A program made the translations under genes and the position numbers. Below the pieces are notes generated by a model that did no database searches, was not told the origin of the DNA, and worked only from the letters and a program-made list of their open reading frames with translations. Of a stretch of 64,000 bases of DNA, positions 18,216-27,639 are shown piece after piece. Origin of the DNA: Thermodesulfovibrionia bacterium (GTDB lineage: Bacteria > Nitrospirota > Thermodesulfovibrionia > UBA6902). Within the stretch, counting starts at the first letter, position 1; each line of letters opens with the position of its first letter. Where the stretch lies: NCBI GenBank assembly GCA_947259645.1, contig CAMYND010000001.1, forward strand, positions 11,169-75,168, given 5' to 3'.

Positions 18216-18521
18216 TCATTTATTACAGGCCCTGTAGCATTTGGCTGATTTCAGGAGAACAAACTCTGTATCTTCCTCATTTTTAACCCTTTTGAAAACT
18301 TCACAGGCCATGCAGGATACCTGCTTCTGGGCGAAACTACCCTGAACTTTTCCTCCGCAGAATGTCCCGGCAACAGCCCAGCAGATACGCCCGCCATCCT
18401 TGCCGGAGTTTACTCCGTCGCTTGATTCATCTGTTGCCGCAGGGCATATACCGAACTCTTCAGTCTGTTCCCCGCCAGGCTCTCTTCCGCATTTTTTTAT
18501 TTCCCAGCAGTTTTTCTTCAT
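18216..18521 (-). CDS. Small Cys-rich protein (9 Cys/101 aa; CWEIKKCG and ICWAVAGTFCGG motifs), putative metal-binding
   Basis: ORF with Cys-rich content and paired CW motifs; no firm family assignment. Confidence 0.4.
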   Translation of the reverse strand: MKKNCWEIKKCGREPGGEQTEEFGICPAATDESSDGVNSGKDGGRICWAVAGTFCGGKVQGSFAQKQVSCMACEVFKRVKNEEDTEFVLLKSAKCYRACNK

Positions 18522-18741
18522 CTCTCAGACCTCCTTATGCAGATTAAATTGCAATAACAATGCCTGGCAGAACCAGCAATGTAAGTCCCTAAAAAAGCTC
18601 ACTATTTATTTGTTACGTTATTTTACTCAATTGAATGTGCGTGATTATACTCAGTGATAACAGAAACTGCGGATAATTAAGTGTACTCCTGATCACATAA
18701 AATTGACTGGTGCGATTGAGTGAGTCTGCCAGGAAATCATT

Positions 18742-19161
18742 TTACTCCCCGACAATCTTAACCAGCACTCTCTTTTTCCGTCTCCCGTCAAACTCCCCGT
18801 AAAATATCCGTTCCCATGTACCGAAGTCCAGCTGGCCATCCGTTATTGCTACGACCACTTCCCTGCCCATAACCTGCCGTTTCAGATGAGCATCTCCATT
18901 GTCTTCTCCTGTGCGGTTATGGTGATATTGGGAAACAGGCTCATGGGGCGCAAGTTTTTCCAGCCATGTTTCATAGTCATGATGGAGCCCGGACTCATTA
19001 TCATTGATAAATACCGAAGCTGTTATATGCATCGCGTTTACAAGAACCAGCCCTTCCCTGACCCCGCTTTCTTTCAGACAGTCTTCAACCTGTGGAGTAA
19101 TATTAATAAAGGCACGCCGCGTCGGCACGTTAAACCACAGCTCTTTTCTGTATGATTTCAT
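18742..19161 (-). CDS. yjbQ: YjbQ/UPF0047 family protein
   Basis: [26 protein letters not shown]...[17 protein letters not shown]...FYGEFDG typical of YjbQ; GGAGG RBS before ATG at 19161 (upstream Met at 19188 overlaps the inverted repeat). Confidence 0.7.
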   Translation of the reverse strand: MKSYRKELWFNVPTRRAFINITPQVEDCLKESGVREGLVLVNAMHITASVFINDNESGLHHDYETWLEKLAPHEPVSQYHHNRTGEDNGDAHLKRQVMGREVVVAITDGQLDFGTWERIFYGEFDGRRKKRVLVKIVGE

Positions 19162-19183
19162 AAAACCTCCAAATAATAAATTG

Positions 19184-19309
19184 ACCACGGAGGCACTGAG
19201 ACACAGAGGGAGGCAAAAGAAACGTTTTCTTTTTTTGAAGTCAAGATCAACAGCCTTCTTGCCTTAATATTTTTTTATTCTGTTCTCTGTGTCTCAGTGC
19301 CTCCGTGGT
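19184..19309. repeat. 126-bp element bounded by perfect 25-bp inverted repeats (ACCACGGAGGCACTGAGACACAGAG)
   Basis: Left arm 19184-19208 is the exact reverse complement of right arm 19285-19309; 76-nt A/T-rich interior; sits between stop of 19313-19834 gene and yjbQ RBS. Confidence 0.5.
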
Positions 19310-19312
19310 TTC

Positions 19313-19834
19313 CTATTTCTGTTTTTGAACCATCAAGATAATCTTCTCAACTGCCGCTTCAGGGGATTCCTGTTCACTGTCAATTATCAATTCAGGCGTT
19401 TCCGACACTTCATAGGGTACAGTGACTCCCGGCACCGGGCTTCCTTTTTTCCCTTTCTCATATATCTTCTCAGGCGCGTCATGTCTGAGAGTTCGCGTTT
19501 TTTCTCTCTCCATGCAGAGCTCCAGAGGACATTTAATGTATACCTCATAGAAGTGAGGGATGATCTTTCGCGCGAGATTTCTCCAGAATATCCTGTTCCC
19601 CGTTGCATCGATAACCACATTATGCCCGAGTTCGCAGACAGTCTTAGCGGTATAGACCAGGGCCTTGTACACATACTCTCTCTCCCTGCCCGAATAACTG
19701 GGGGTCGGGGTGACAATTTCCCTGAGTTTATCAACGCGAAGAATTACCGTGTCAGGCATTTTCTCCTTCAGATGAAGAGCAATTGTGCTTTTACCGCTCC
19801 CCGGCAGTCCTGTAATCCAGATGGCCCATGACAT
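19313..19834 (-). CDS. P-loop kinase, adenylylsulfate-kinase-like fold
   Basis: WITGLPGSGKSTIALHL Walker A resembling APS kinase/2-PGK-type kinases; 173 aa. Confidence 0.5.
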   Translation of the reverse strand: MSWAIWITGLPGSGKSTIALHLKEKMPDTVILRVDKLREIVTPTPSYSGREREYVYKALVYTAKTVCELGHNVVIDATGNRIFWRNLARKIIPHFYEVYIKCPLELCMEREKTRTLRHDAPEKIYEKGKKGSPVPGVTVPYEVSETPELIIDSEQESPEAAVEKIILMVQKQK

Positions 19835-19926
19835 TCTTCTATTATACCCGAGGGCATGGCAGCGGGCCAGAGAGGAAAAGGAGCATCAATTCTTTTCAAA
19901 ATTATTTTCTTTTGTTACAATGTGCT

Positions 19927-21249
19927 ATGCAAACAAATACCCTCAGTAAACGACTCCCGCTCATTCAGGAGGCCGACCTCGACGGCAAGGTTGTGCTTGT
20001 CCGTGTTGACCACAACGTTGTCAAGAAAGGCGCCATAAAAGACCCCTTCAGAATCGATAAAACCCTTGGGACCCTTTACAATATAGTGGATAAGGGCGGC
20101 CGCCCGATTCTCATGAGTCATGTCGGAAGGCCAAGGGACAAGACCACCGGCAAGATCACCTGCAGCCCTGATACTTCTGTTGAGCCGATCGTTGAGTATT
20201 TGAACCGTAAGCTGAATGTAGAGTTCCGCATACCTGAGTTTGAAATCGACCCTGACGCGGGGATAACCGCACTCGGAAAATCAGTCTACCGGGCGATTGG
20301 GGAACTGAAAGACAGGAAAATCGGCGGCATATATCTGCCCAACACCAGGTGGTTCCGGGGAGAAGAAGAAAAGCCGGGGTTTTTCAGAGACAACTTCGCT
20401 GTCATGTTGTCCGATCTGGCAGACGTATACGTGAATGATGCCTTTGGCTCATGGCAGCCTCATGTATCAACCTATGATATAACAAAAGTAATCCCGTCAT
20501 ATGCCGGCTTTCTCATGCAGCAGGAGATCATGAACCTGGGCGGCGTCGTTGATCCGGCGCGGCCGATTCTTGCGGTCATAGCAGGCTCCAAATACGATAC
20601 AAAGATCGGCCCTCTTTACGCGATATACGAAAAGACCGACCACCTTGTTCTTGGCGGTGTTTTATACAATGCCTACCTCTGCGCTAAATACGGCATATCA
20701 ATCAAAGGGATTGCGGAAGAAGATATTGCCGCTGCCAAAGATCTCGTTCAGCGGGACAAAGAACAGCAGAAGATACTTGAAATGCCCTATGTAGTTGAGT
20801 CGGACACCATGGAGGGGAAAATAGAAGGAAAGTTCAGGACCCGCTGCCTGAATGATTTCAGGGAAGGCGATGAGTACGGGTACATTCTCGACATAGACCC
20901 GAAGTCATTTGAAGATAACAAAGTTTTAAAAGTGATAGAGGAAGCTAAAACGATTTTTGTAAATGCCGTCATGGGATATACGCCCCATTTTTTCGAGGGC
21001 TCCAAGGCCCTTGATGAAACTTTGGATACGAATAAAAGCGCCTACAAGCTGTACGGAGGAGGAGACACACTCCAGGAATTTAAAAATCTCTGCCCCGGAC
21101 TCTACCTGTCAGTTCTCGATGATCCCAACTACTACTTTTTTACGGGAGGAGGTACGGTCCTTACCGCTATAGAACAGGGCAGCCCCTATGGGCTTAAATC
21201 AGTACAGGCCCTGATGGAAAACAAGGAACAACAGGGGAACAGGACATAG
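19927..21249 (+). CDS. pgk: Divergent phosphoglycerate kinase family protein (PGK-like, with insertions)
   Basis: DLDGKVVLVRVDHNV, ILMSHVGRP, NDAFGS, YGGGDT, FTGGGT motifs of PGK but ~440 aa and several diverged motifs; start chosen at Met 19927. Confidence 0.6.
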   Translation: MQTNTLSKRLPLIQEADLDGKVVLVRVDHNVVKKGAIKDPFRIDKTLGTLYNIVDKGGRPILMSHVGRPRDKTTGKITCSPDTSVEPIVEYLNRKLNVEFRIPEFEIDPDAGITALGKSVYRAIGELKDRKIGGIYLPNTRWFRGEEEKPGFFRDNFAVMLSDLADVYVNDAFGSWQPHVSTYDITKVIPSYAGFLMQQEIMNLGGVVDPARPILAVIAGSKYDTKIGPLYAIYEKTDHLVLGGVLYNAYLCAKYGISIKGIAEEDIAAAKDLVQRDKEQQKILEMPYVVESDTMEGKIEGKFRTRCLNDFREGDEYGYILDIDPKSFEDNKVLKVIEEAKTIFVNAVMGYTPHFFEGSKALDETLDTNKSAYKLYGGGDTLQEFKNLCPGLYLSVLDDPNYYFFTGGGTVLTAIEQGSPYGLKSVQALMENKEQQGNRT

Positions 21250-22217
21250 TGAAGACACCATGGAAACTCTCTCTGCTCACCATTTTCCTCCTTATATTCT
21301 CTGTTTCAGCTTCACCCGGATTTGACGGTCCACTTCAGGTAAAAAACCAGTACCCCATTTTTCTCCATGCTGACCAGCAGTACCTGGAGCGCGCTGAAAT
21401 GGAAAATTCGATGTCCTACAGCCTCTCTCATTCAAGCACATACACTGTTCAGGAATCAGGCCGCTGGACAATTAACCTTGACATGGAAATCACTGAATTA
21501 AATTTCCGGTACAGGAGAATTATCCGTGACACGGTGGAATTCAACCTTGACATACCGGTTCTGATCCCCGGCAGCGGCATTATGGACGGTTTTCTTGAAG
21601 ACTACCATGATTCCTTTGGTTTTCCGGATTACGGAAGGAGTGAACGGCCCCATGATGATTTCCTCTATGAGGTAAAGCAGGATGGCGCTACTGTCATCAA
21701 TGGAAAAAACAGTGTTCAGCTGGGGGACCTTCGCATTGCTTTAAAAAAACCGTTGATCACGACTGAGAGTTTACACCTGAGCATACGGGGTGATCTTGAG
21801 CTCCCGATGAGCAGTGCAAAAAAAGGGTACAGCAACGGCAATGTAGACGCAGGGGTAGCTCTGCTTCTTGACAAAGAAATTACCGAAAATATGATGGCGT
21901 ACCTGAATATCGGCGCTGTATTCCCGGGAGACGTCAGAGGTGAGCGCACATTGGATCTCGATAATTTCATGTACGGCGGTATTGCCATAGAGGCTCGTTT
22001 TTGGGAACGGTTCCGTGTCATTGTCCAGATACAGGGCCAGTCTTCCATATATCCTGAAACAGATCTCCTTGCTGTTGACCGGGAAGCCTGGCTTCTGGCA
22101 GTAGGCGGAAGATATAAACTAGACTCAGGGAGCCTTGAGATGTCCCTGACGGAAGATATAAATACATCAGGAGCTCCTGATTTTATCATGAATCTGACGT
22201 ATAAACATTATATTTAA
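21249..22217 (+). CDS. Secreted/outer-membrane hypothetical protein with signal peptide
   Basis: GTG start overlapping pgk stop; N-terminal LSLLTIFLLIFSVSA signal; no recognised motifs. Confidence 0.4.
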   Translation: MKTPWKLSLLTIFLLIFSVSASPGFDGPLQVKNQYPIFLHADQQYLERAEMENSMSYSLSHSSTYTVQESGRWTINLDMEITELNFRYRRIIRDTVEFNLDIPVLIPGSGIMDGFLEDYHDSFGFPDYGRSERPHDDFLYEVKQDGATVINGKNSVQLGDLRIALKKPLITTESLHLSIRGDLELPMSSAKKGYSNGNVDAGVALLLDKEITENMMAYLNIGAVFPGDVRGERTLDLDNFMYGGIAIEARFWERFRVIVQIQGQSSIYPETDLLAVDREAWLLAVGGRYKLDSGSLEMSLTEDINTSGAPDFIMNLTYKHYI

Positions 22218-22220
22218 GTT

Positions 22221-22583
22221 ATGAAAAACGAAAACCTTATTCATGAATGGATGATTTCCCACTTGCAGGAAAAGCTCTCCAGGTCCTATGACGATGTCAA
22301 GTCCAATCCCGCAGGCGACAAAAAAAACGAATACAAGGGAGCATACCCGGACCTTATTCTGAGTAATCACGGCCTGGTAATGGCACTCATGGAGGTCGAG
22401 ACTGCTGGAAGTATAACCCGCGAAAAAACTGAAGAGTGGAAATCCCTGTCACAACTCGGGGCAAAACTGATCCTTATGGTGCCAAAAAGTTCAAAGGCGA
22501 AAATCATTGACCTTCTCTGGAAAAGCGGTCTTGCTGACAAGGCAGCCATAGGGAGTTATGAAATCAGTGTAACCATGCCGTAA
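22221..22583 (+). CDS. Hypothetical protein
   Basis: 120-aa ORF directly downstream; no motifs recognised. Confidence 0.3.
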   Translation: MKNENLIHEWMISHLQEKLSRSYDDVKSNPAGDKKNEYKGAYPDLILSNHGLVMALMEVETAGSITREKTEEWKSLSQLGAKLILMVPKSSKAKIIDLLWKSGLADKAAIGSYEISVTMP

Positions 22584-22608
22584 CTTCTTTTATTAAGAGG
22601 TGCTGGAT

Positions 22609-22920
22609 TTATATAAAGAAGCTGCTCTTGTCCCAGGATGGATCAAGTATCTCAAGGCCGACCTGGCTGGTTAATTCATGGGAAGGTGTTTTTTTCGACC
22701 ATTTTACCCTGGCGCGGGAGGTAATTGTCTCTTCAGCAAAAAGGTGAAAGATTAATTCATACTCTTTCCCCTCCTCAAAGGCATCAGGGTCTGTCGGGAA
22801 AATGACTATACATGCCCCGTCCTCGGAGAGGTTGCTGATTTCACCGCAATAGGTACCATTTTCGGAAGTTAAATCAACTTTAAACCCGATTGAAATTCTC
22901 TTGGCCCGCCTTTTTTTCAT
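22609..22920 (-). CDS. PilZ domain protein
   Basis: RRAKRISIGFKV and ISNLSEDGACI (DxSxxG-like) motifs; 103 aa. Confidence 0.5.
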   Translation of the reverse strand: MKKRRAKRISIGFKVDLTSENGTYCGEISNLSEDGACIVIFPTDPDAFEEGKEYELIFHLFAEETITSRARVKWSKKTPSHELTSQVGLEILDPSWDKSSFFI

Positions 22921-22978
22921 GAAGCTACCTTTCCGCGTACGCTGCTGTGCTGTTTTCAGTATACCAGAAGACTATCTT

Positions 22979-23308
22979 TTACTCCTTCTCGAGTGCTTCG
23001 ACAGCGATCCCGCAGGAATCAAAATTATCAAGAAAAACAGGGTGAGGCTCGGTCGGGCAGAGAGCATAAAGCTTCTTCACAAAATCGAGCACATAGGTCG
23101 CACCGCGATGCTTCATATGGGCATCATTGTCCGCAAAAATAATAAAATGGACGAAGCTTAACGGGTCCTTCTTCAGCTGAAGCGATTTATAGAGCAGGGT
23201 TCCCGGCTCGTTTTCCTTTACGTTGGAAACCAGCTCTTTTATTGCTTTTTTTGCCTCATCAAGTTTGCCTTCTTCTACTTTAAAAGGAATGATTACATAC
23301 TCTTTCAT
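22979..23308 (-). CDS. ABM (antibiotic biosynthesis monooxygenase)-like / Dabb-fold small protein
   Basis: 109 aa, ferredoxin-like fold pattern; weak family call. Confidence 0.4.
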   Translation of the reverse strand: MKEYVIIPFKVEEGKLDEAKKAIKELVSNVKENEPGTLLYKSLQLKKDPLSFVHFIIFADNDAHMKHRGATYVLDFVKKLYALCPTEPHPVFLDNFDSCGIAVEALEKE

Positions 23309-23527
23309 CTGAAACCTCTCTTTATTTATTTATCACGCTTCATATTGTATCTATTCCGTTGAAAGATTGAAAGCACTGAAGAATGAGAGAAGTCAGCTGC
23401 AGTATCAGACAACAAAGGATGAAGAGGTCCTGAGGACCTTGCTGCCAGATCAGAAATTGAAGATTTTATTAAAAAATGGGTAGTTATTATAATAGAAGCC
23501 ATAATCCTGGTCCTCAGCTTTCTTTAA

Positions 23528-25843
23528 TTGATGGAGGGCCGCCTATTTTATATGAGGAGACACGATTCCAGAGCAATGGCACATAACAACCAAAGCAATT
23601 CTATCATGCCTGATCCGCTGTCGCAAAGGATAATGGCAGTTAGTCTGCTGATTATCCTGAACATGCTGCTCTGCTTATTCGTTGTTCCCGCGCTGCATGC
23701 AGAAACAGCAGTGAAAAAACGTATCCTCCTCGTCAATTCATACCACAGGGGTACCAGCTGGACAGACAGTGTTGTCAACGGGATCAATTCTGAACTGAGC
23801 GCGGGCGGCAAGGACATTGAATTATATTCAGAGTATATGGATACCAAGAGATACTTTGATGAAGAGTATTTCCAGAAACTCTTCGAAATTTACCAGTATA
23901 AGTTCAGTAAGATCCCCTTTGATGCCGTCATTGTCAGCGACAATAATGCCCTGGATTTTATGCGCCGTTACCATAGAAAGCTATTTCCGGATACCCCCCT
24001 TGTGTTCTGCGGAATAAATAATTTCAGCACCTCCATCCTGGAAGGACACCCGTTATTTACCGGTGTTGTTGAAGAGATCGATATCAGGAGCACTCTTGAG
24101 ATTGCCCTCAAACTGCACCCTGATGTCACCAGGATCATATCGATCAATGACACTACCACAACAGGCATTGCCGTAAAAAATGAGGTCCTCAAAATCGTGC
24201 CGCTCTTTGAAGGGCGGGTAGATTTTGAGTTTTTTGAAAATTTCGATATTGCGGAGCTGAAAGAAAAGGTATGGAAGCTGCCCCGGGACAGCATAATCCT
24301 CTTTTCAGGAGTAACGAGGGACAGGTCCGGTCAGTTTTTTGCCTATGAAGAGAGTATTGCTCATATCTACAGCGAATCCAGTGTCCCCATATACAGTTTT
24401 TGGGATACCTATCTCGGAAAGGGAATCGTCGGCGGAATGCTGACAAATGGATATGATCAGGGGAAGGCAGCCGCACAGATAGCAATCCGGATTCTTGAGG
24501 GAGAAGCGGTTCAGACAATTCCCGTTGTCAGGGACAGTCCAAACAGCTATATGTTTGACTATCAGCAGTTGAAGCTGTTCGGGGTGAGCCAGTCAGACCT
24601 TCCCGGGGGAAGCATAATAATAAACAAGCCTGATACACTCTATTCGCGCTACAAAACACTGGTACAGACAACCCTGTTTACCATTATCGCACTTATACTA
24701 ACCATCGTTGTCCTCCTCACACTTACGTCGTACCGGAAAAAAATGCTGCGCGTGCTTCGTGACTCTGAAGAGAGATACCGCGACTTATACGAGAACGCGC
24801 CGGACATGTACCATTCAGTCAATAAAGAGGGCATTATCACCGAATGCAATGAAACAGGAGCGCGGATGCTCGGATACCGCAAAGAGGAGATAATCGGGAG
24901 ACCGCTCTCAGATTTTCTCACTGAAGAGGCACGGAAGATTCATGAGAAAGAGTTTCCGCGTTTAAAAAATAAACGGGCCCATTTTGATCTGGAACGGGAA
25001 TTTATCAGAAAAGACAGATCAACCTTTACCGCGAGTTTAAACATAACAACTGAAGTTGATAATAAGGGCGACCTGCTGAAAACCAAAACTATCGCGCGGG
25101 ATTTAACAGAGCGGAGGCGGTTAGAAGAGCTTCAGCGATCCAGGGCCCAGCTGCAGAGCCTGTCAGCATATTTGGAATCTGCACGGGAAGAGGAAAAAAA
25201 GAGGATTGCCAGACAGATACATGATGAACTCGGTCATGCGCTCACAACATTGAGCCTCGATCTTTCATGGCTGAATAACCGCCTGTCAAGCGTGAGCAAT
25301 TCTCTTGATACGCATTCCCTCATGGAACGGACCCATGCCATGGCAGACCTCATTGATTCTACCGTACAGACGGTGCAGAGGATATCTTCAGAACTGATTC
25401 CCGGAGTGCTTGATCACCTCGGGCTCGCAGAGGCGATCAAATGGCAGATAGATAAATTCAGGGAGCGCACCGAGATCAGGTACGATATAATTATTCATGA
25501 TGAAAAAAGCAGGCTCGATCAGAGGAGTGCTATCGCGGTCTTCCGGATTTTTCAGGAAACCCTCACAAATATTATCCGCCATGCCGAAGCAACAGAGGTA
25601 AAGGTTATACTTAAGGAAGACAATGAATTTCTGACTCTTGAAATACAGGACAATGGAAAGGGAATCCCGGAAGACCAGATCTCAAGCCCTGAGTCTGTGG
25701 GACTTATCGGTATACGTGAGCGGGCGCGCATATTAGGTGGAAGCGCTGTTATATCTGGCTCTTCAGCAGAGGGAACCAGGGTAAAAGTCCATATTCCGGT
25801 GAAGACGTCGAGTGTGGATATTGTGCAGCCAAAAGGTAACTGA
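23528..25843 (+). CDS. Sensor histidine kinase: periplasmic solute-binding-like domain, TM, PAS, HisKA_3 (NarX/DegS-type), HATPase
   Basis: RQIHDELGHALTTL H-box (HisKA_3), C-terminal GIGIRERARILGG ATPase motifs, PAS region (YHSVNKEGIITECNETGARMLGY). Confidence 0.75.
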   Translation: MMEGRLFYMRRHDSRAMAHNNQSNSIMPDPLSQRIMAVSLLIILNMLLCLFVVPALHAETAVKKRILLVNSYHRGTSWTDSVVNGINSELSAGGKDIELYSEYMDTKRYFDEEYFQKLFEIYQYKFSKIPFDAVIVSDNNALDFMRRYHRKLFPDTPLVFCGINNFSTSILEGHPLFTGVVEEIDIRSTLEIALKLHPDVTRIISINDTTTTGIAVKNEVLKIVPLFEGRVDFEFFENFDIAELKEKVWKLPRDSIILFSGVTRDRSGQFFAYEESIAHIYSESSVPIYSFWDTYLGKGIVGGMLTNGYDQGKAAAQIAIRILEGEAVQTIPVVRDSPNSYMFDYQQLKLFGVSQSDLPGGSIIINKPDTLYSRYKTLVQTTLFTIIALILTIVVLLTLTSYRKKMLRVLRDSEERYRDLYENAPDMYHSVNKEGIITECNETGARMLGYRKEEIIGRPLSDFLTEEARKIHEKEFPRLKNKRAHFDLEREFIRKDRSTFTASLNITTEVDNKGDLLKTKTIARDLTERRRLEELQRSRAQLQSLSAYLESAREEEKKRIARQIHDELGHALTTLSLDLSWLNNRLSSVSNSLDTHSLMERTHAMADLIDSTVQTVQRISSELIPGVLDHLGLAEAIKWQIDKFRERTEIRYDIIIHDEKSRLDQRSAIAVFRIFQETLTNIIRHAEATEVKVILKEDNEFLTLEIQDNGKGIPEDQISSPESVGLIGIRERARILGGSAVISGSSAEGTRVKVHIPVKTSSVDIVQPKGN

Positions 25844-25893
25844 ATGAAATTTTATGAGATAATATTTATGGATAATTTGAAAGGACCGTTCTC

Positions 25894-26526
25894 ATGACAA
25901 GGATTCTCATAGCTGATGATCATGAAATGTTCCGGGAGGGCATAAAGCGAATATGTGACGATAACCCTGACATCATTGTGGCGGGTGAAGCAGGCAGCGG
26001 ATATGAAGTCCTGGATAAAGTTGAGAAAGACGACTATGATGTCCTGCTTCTCGATATCGCCATGCCCGGATTGAACGGCCTTGATACATTAAAGCAGCTC
26101 AAGAGCAGGAAACCCGGGCTCCGGGTCCTTGTATTAAGCATGTATCCTGAAGATGAGTATGCAGTACGGGCCATTAAGGCCGGTGCGGCCGGATATGTTA
26201 CAAAAGGCAGGGCATCCCGCGAATTGATTGAAGCAATACAGAAGGTGTCTTCAGGAGGCAATTATATTAACGCCTCAGTTGCGGAGAAACTGCTTTTTGA
26301 TACAACGCCTGATAGAACGAAACCCCGTCATGAGACCCTTTCAGACAGGGAATACCAGATATTCTCCCTCATAGTAAAAGGGGGGAAAGTCAGCGAGATC
26401 GCTGATGAACTCAGCCTCAGCGTTAAAACCGTCAGCACCTACAAAGTCCGTATTTTCGGCAAAATGGAAATGAAAAGCACTGCTGAACTGGTGAAGTATG
26501 CGGTGGAGAACGAGCTCGGGCTGTAA
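25894..26526 (+). CDS. LuxR/NarL/FixJ-family response regulator
   Basis: REC domain (ILIADDHEMF...LLLDIAMPG) + C-terminal LuxR HTH (LSDREYQIFSLIVKGGKVSEIADELSLSVKTVSTYK). Confidence 0.85.
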   Translation: MTRILIADDHEMFREGIKRICDDNPDIIVAGEAGSGYEVLDKVEKDDYDVLLLDIAMPGLNGLDTLKQLKSRKPGLRVLVLSMYPEDEYAVRAIKAGAAGYVTKGRASRELIEAIQKVSSGGNYINASVAEKLLFDTTPDRTKPRHETLSDREYQIFSLIVKGGKVSEIADELSLSVKTVSTYKVRIFGKMEMKSTAELVKYAVENELGL

Positions 26527-26546
26527 AACAGGTAAGGAGATTTATC

Positions 26547-26906
26547 GTGGACATCACTTCTGTACTGATCGTGGCAAGCGGCATTTTTGTGGGAATTTTT
26601 GCATCATTTACCGGACTGGGCGGGGGGCTCCTGATGGTTCCCATCCTCCTCTATCTGGGATTTACCGCGCAAAAAGCTGTGGGCACCTCTTTCCTGGGAA
26701 TCCTTGTCATAGCGGTCTCCGCTCTTATAGCGCACAATAAACTTGCCAACGTTGACTATAAATATGGTATCCTGCTGGGCCTCGGCGGAATCGTGGGCGC
26801 TCAGATCGGCGCACGGCTCCTCGAGCATGTATCAACCGACAATTATAAGAAAATTTTCGCCATGATTCTTTCAAGTTTCGCTGTCTATTTATTTTTTAAA
26901 AAATAA
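26547..26906 (+). CDS. TauE/SafE (DUF81)-family membrane protein, half-length
   Basis: GGGLLMVPILLYLGF...AVGTSF motifs of TSUP/TauE family; 119 aa; GTG start with AAGGAG RBS. Confidence 0.5.
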   Translation: MDITSVLIVASGIFVGIFASFTGLGGGLLMVPILLYLGFTAQKAVGTSFLGILVIAVSALIAHNKLANVDYKYGILLGLGGIVGAQIGARLLEHVSTDNYKKIFAMILSSFAVYLFFKK

Positions 26907-26946
26907 TATCTGTCCAAAAGATTAAGTGTTTGAAAATTAAACCTCA

Positions 26947-27633
26947 ATGACCACATATGCCCTTGAATCAACTGAAGTTTCAAAATCCTACAGAGCGGAT
27001 GAAAGACGCATTGTAGTCCTCGACAACATATCTCTTTCCCTCCCGGCAGGCGAGTTTCTCGTCATAGAAGGGACAAGTGGAAGCGGCAAATCTACCCTGT
27101 TGAGCCTGCTCTGCGGTCTGGACAAACCGGATTCCGGCCGTATCACCCTGGACAGCGTTGACATAACCGACCTGACGGAAGATGAACTTGCCCCTTTTCG
27201 CAACAGGACAACAGGCTTTGTCTTTCAGGCATTTCACCTGGTCCCGTCTCTTACTGCGCAGGAAAACGTGATGTTTCCGGCGGAATTAAATAACGACCCT
27301 GATGCTGCTGAGAAAGCAGAGGCCCTCCTTGCGCGGGTCAATCTGAAAGACCGAATGGACAACTTCCCCCACCAGTTATCAGGGGGAGAAATGCAGCGCG
27401 TCGCCCTCTGCCGCGCGATAATCAACAGCCCGAAAATACTCTTCGCTGATGAGCCAACAGGGAATCTTGATTCCGTAAACAGTGAAGCCATTCTCAACCT
27501 CTTGCAACAACTCCACAGGGAACAGGGATCTACCCTTGTGCTGGCAACACACAGCAGGGAAATCGCTCAGAGCGCTGACCGTGTGCTCATCCTGCGAGAT
27601 GGAAGAATCACCGATATCAATAAGAAAGGATAA
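26947..27633 (+). CDS. ABC transporter ATP-binding protein (YbbA/LolD/MacB-type)
   Basis: GTSGSGKSTLL Walker A, LSGGEMQRVALCRA signature, ILFADEPTGNLD Walker B. Confidence 0.85.
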   Translation: MTTYALESTEVSKSYRADERRIVVLDNISLSLPAGEFLVIEGTSGSGKSTLLSLLCGLDKPDSGRITLDSVDITDLTEDELAPFRNRTTGFVFQAFHLVPSLTAQENVMFPAELNNDPDAAEKAEALLARVNLKDRMDNFPHQLSGGEMQRVALCRAIINSPKILFADEPTGNLDSVNSEAILNLLQQLHREQGSTLVLATHSREIAQSADRVLILRDGRITDINKKG

Positions 27634-27639
27634 CTGCTG

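Noticed and set aside
18561-18580. Sigma-54-like TGGCAG...GCA motif
   Set aside because: GG-to-GC spacing is 2 nt off consensus, and its orientation points away from any nearby gene start.
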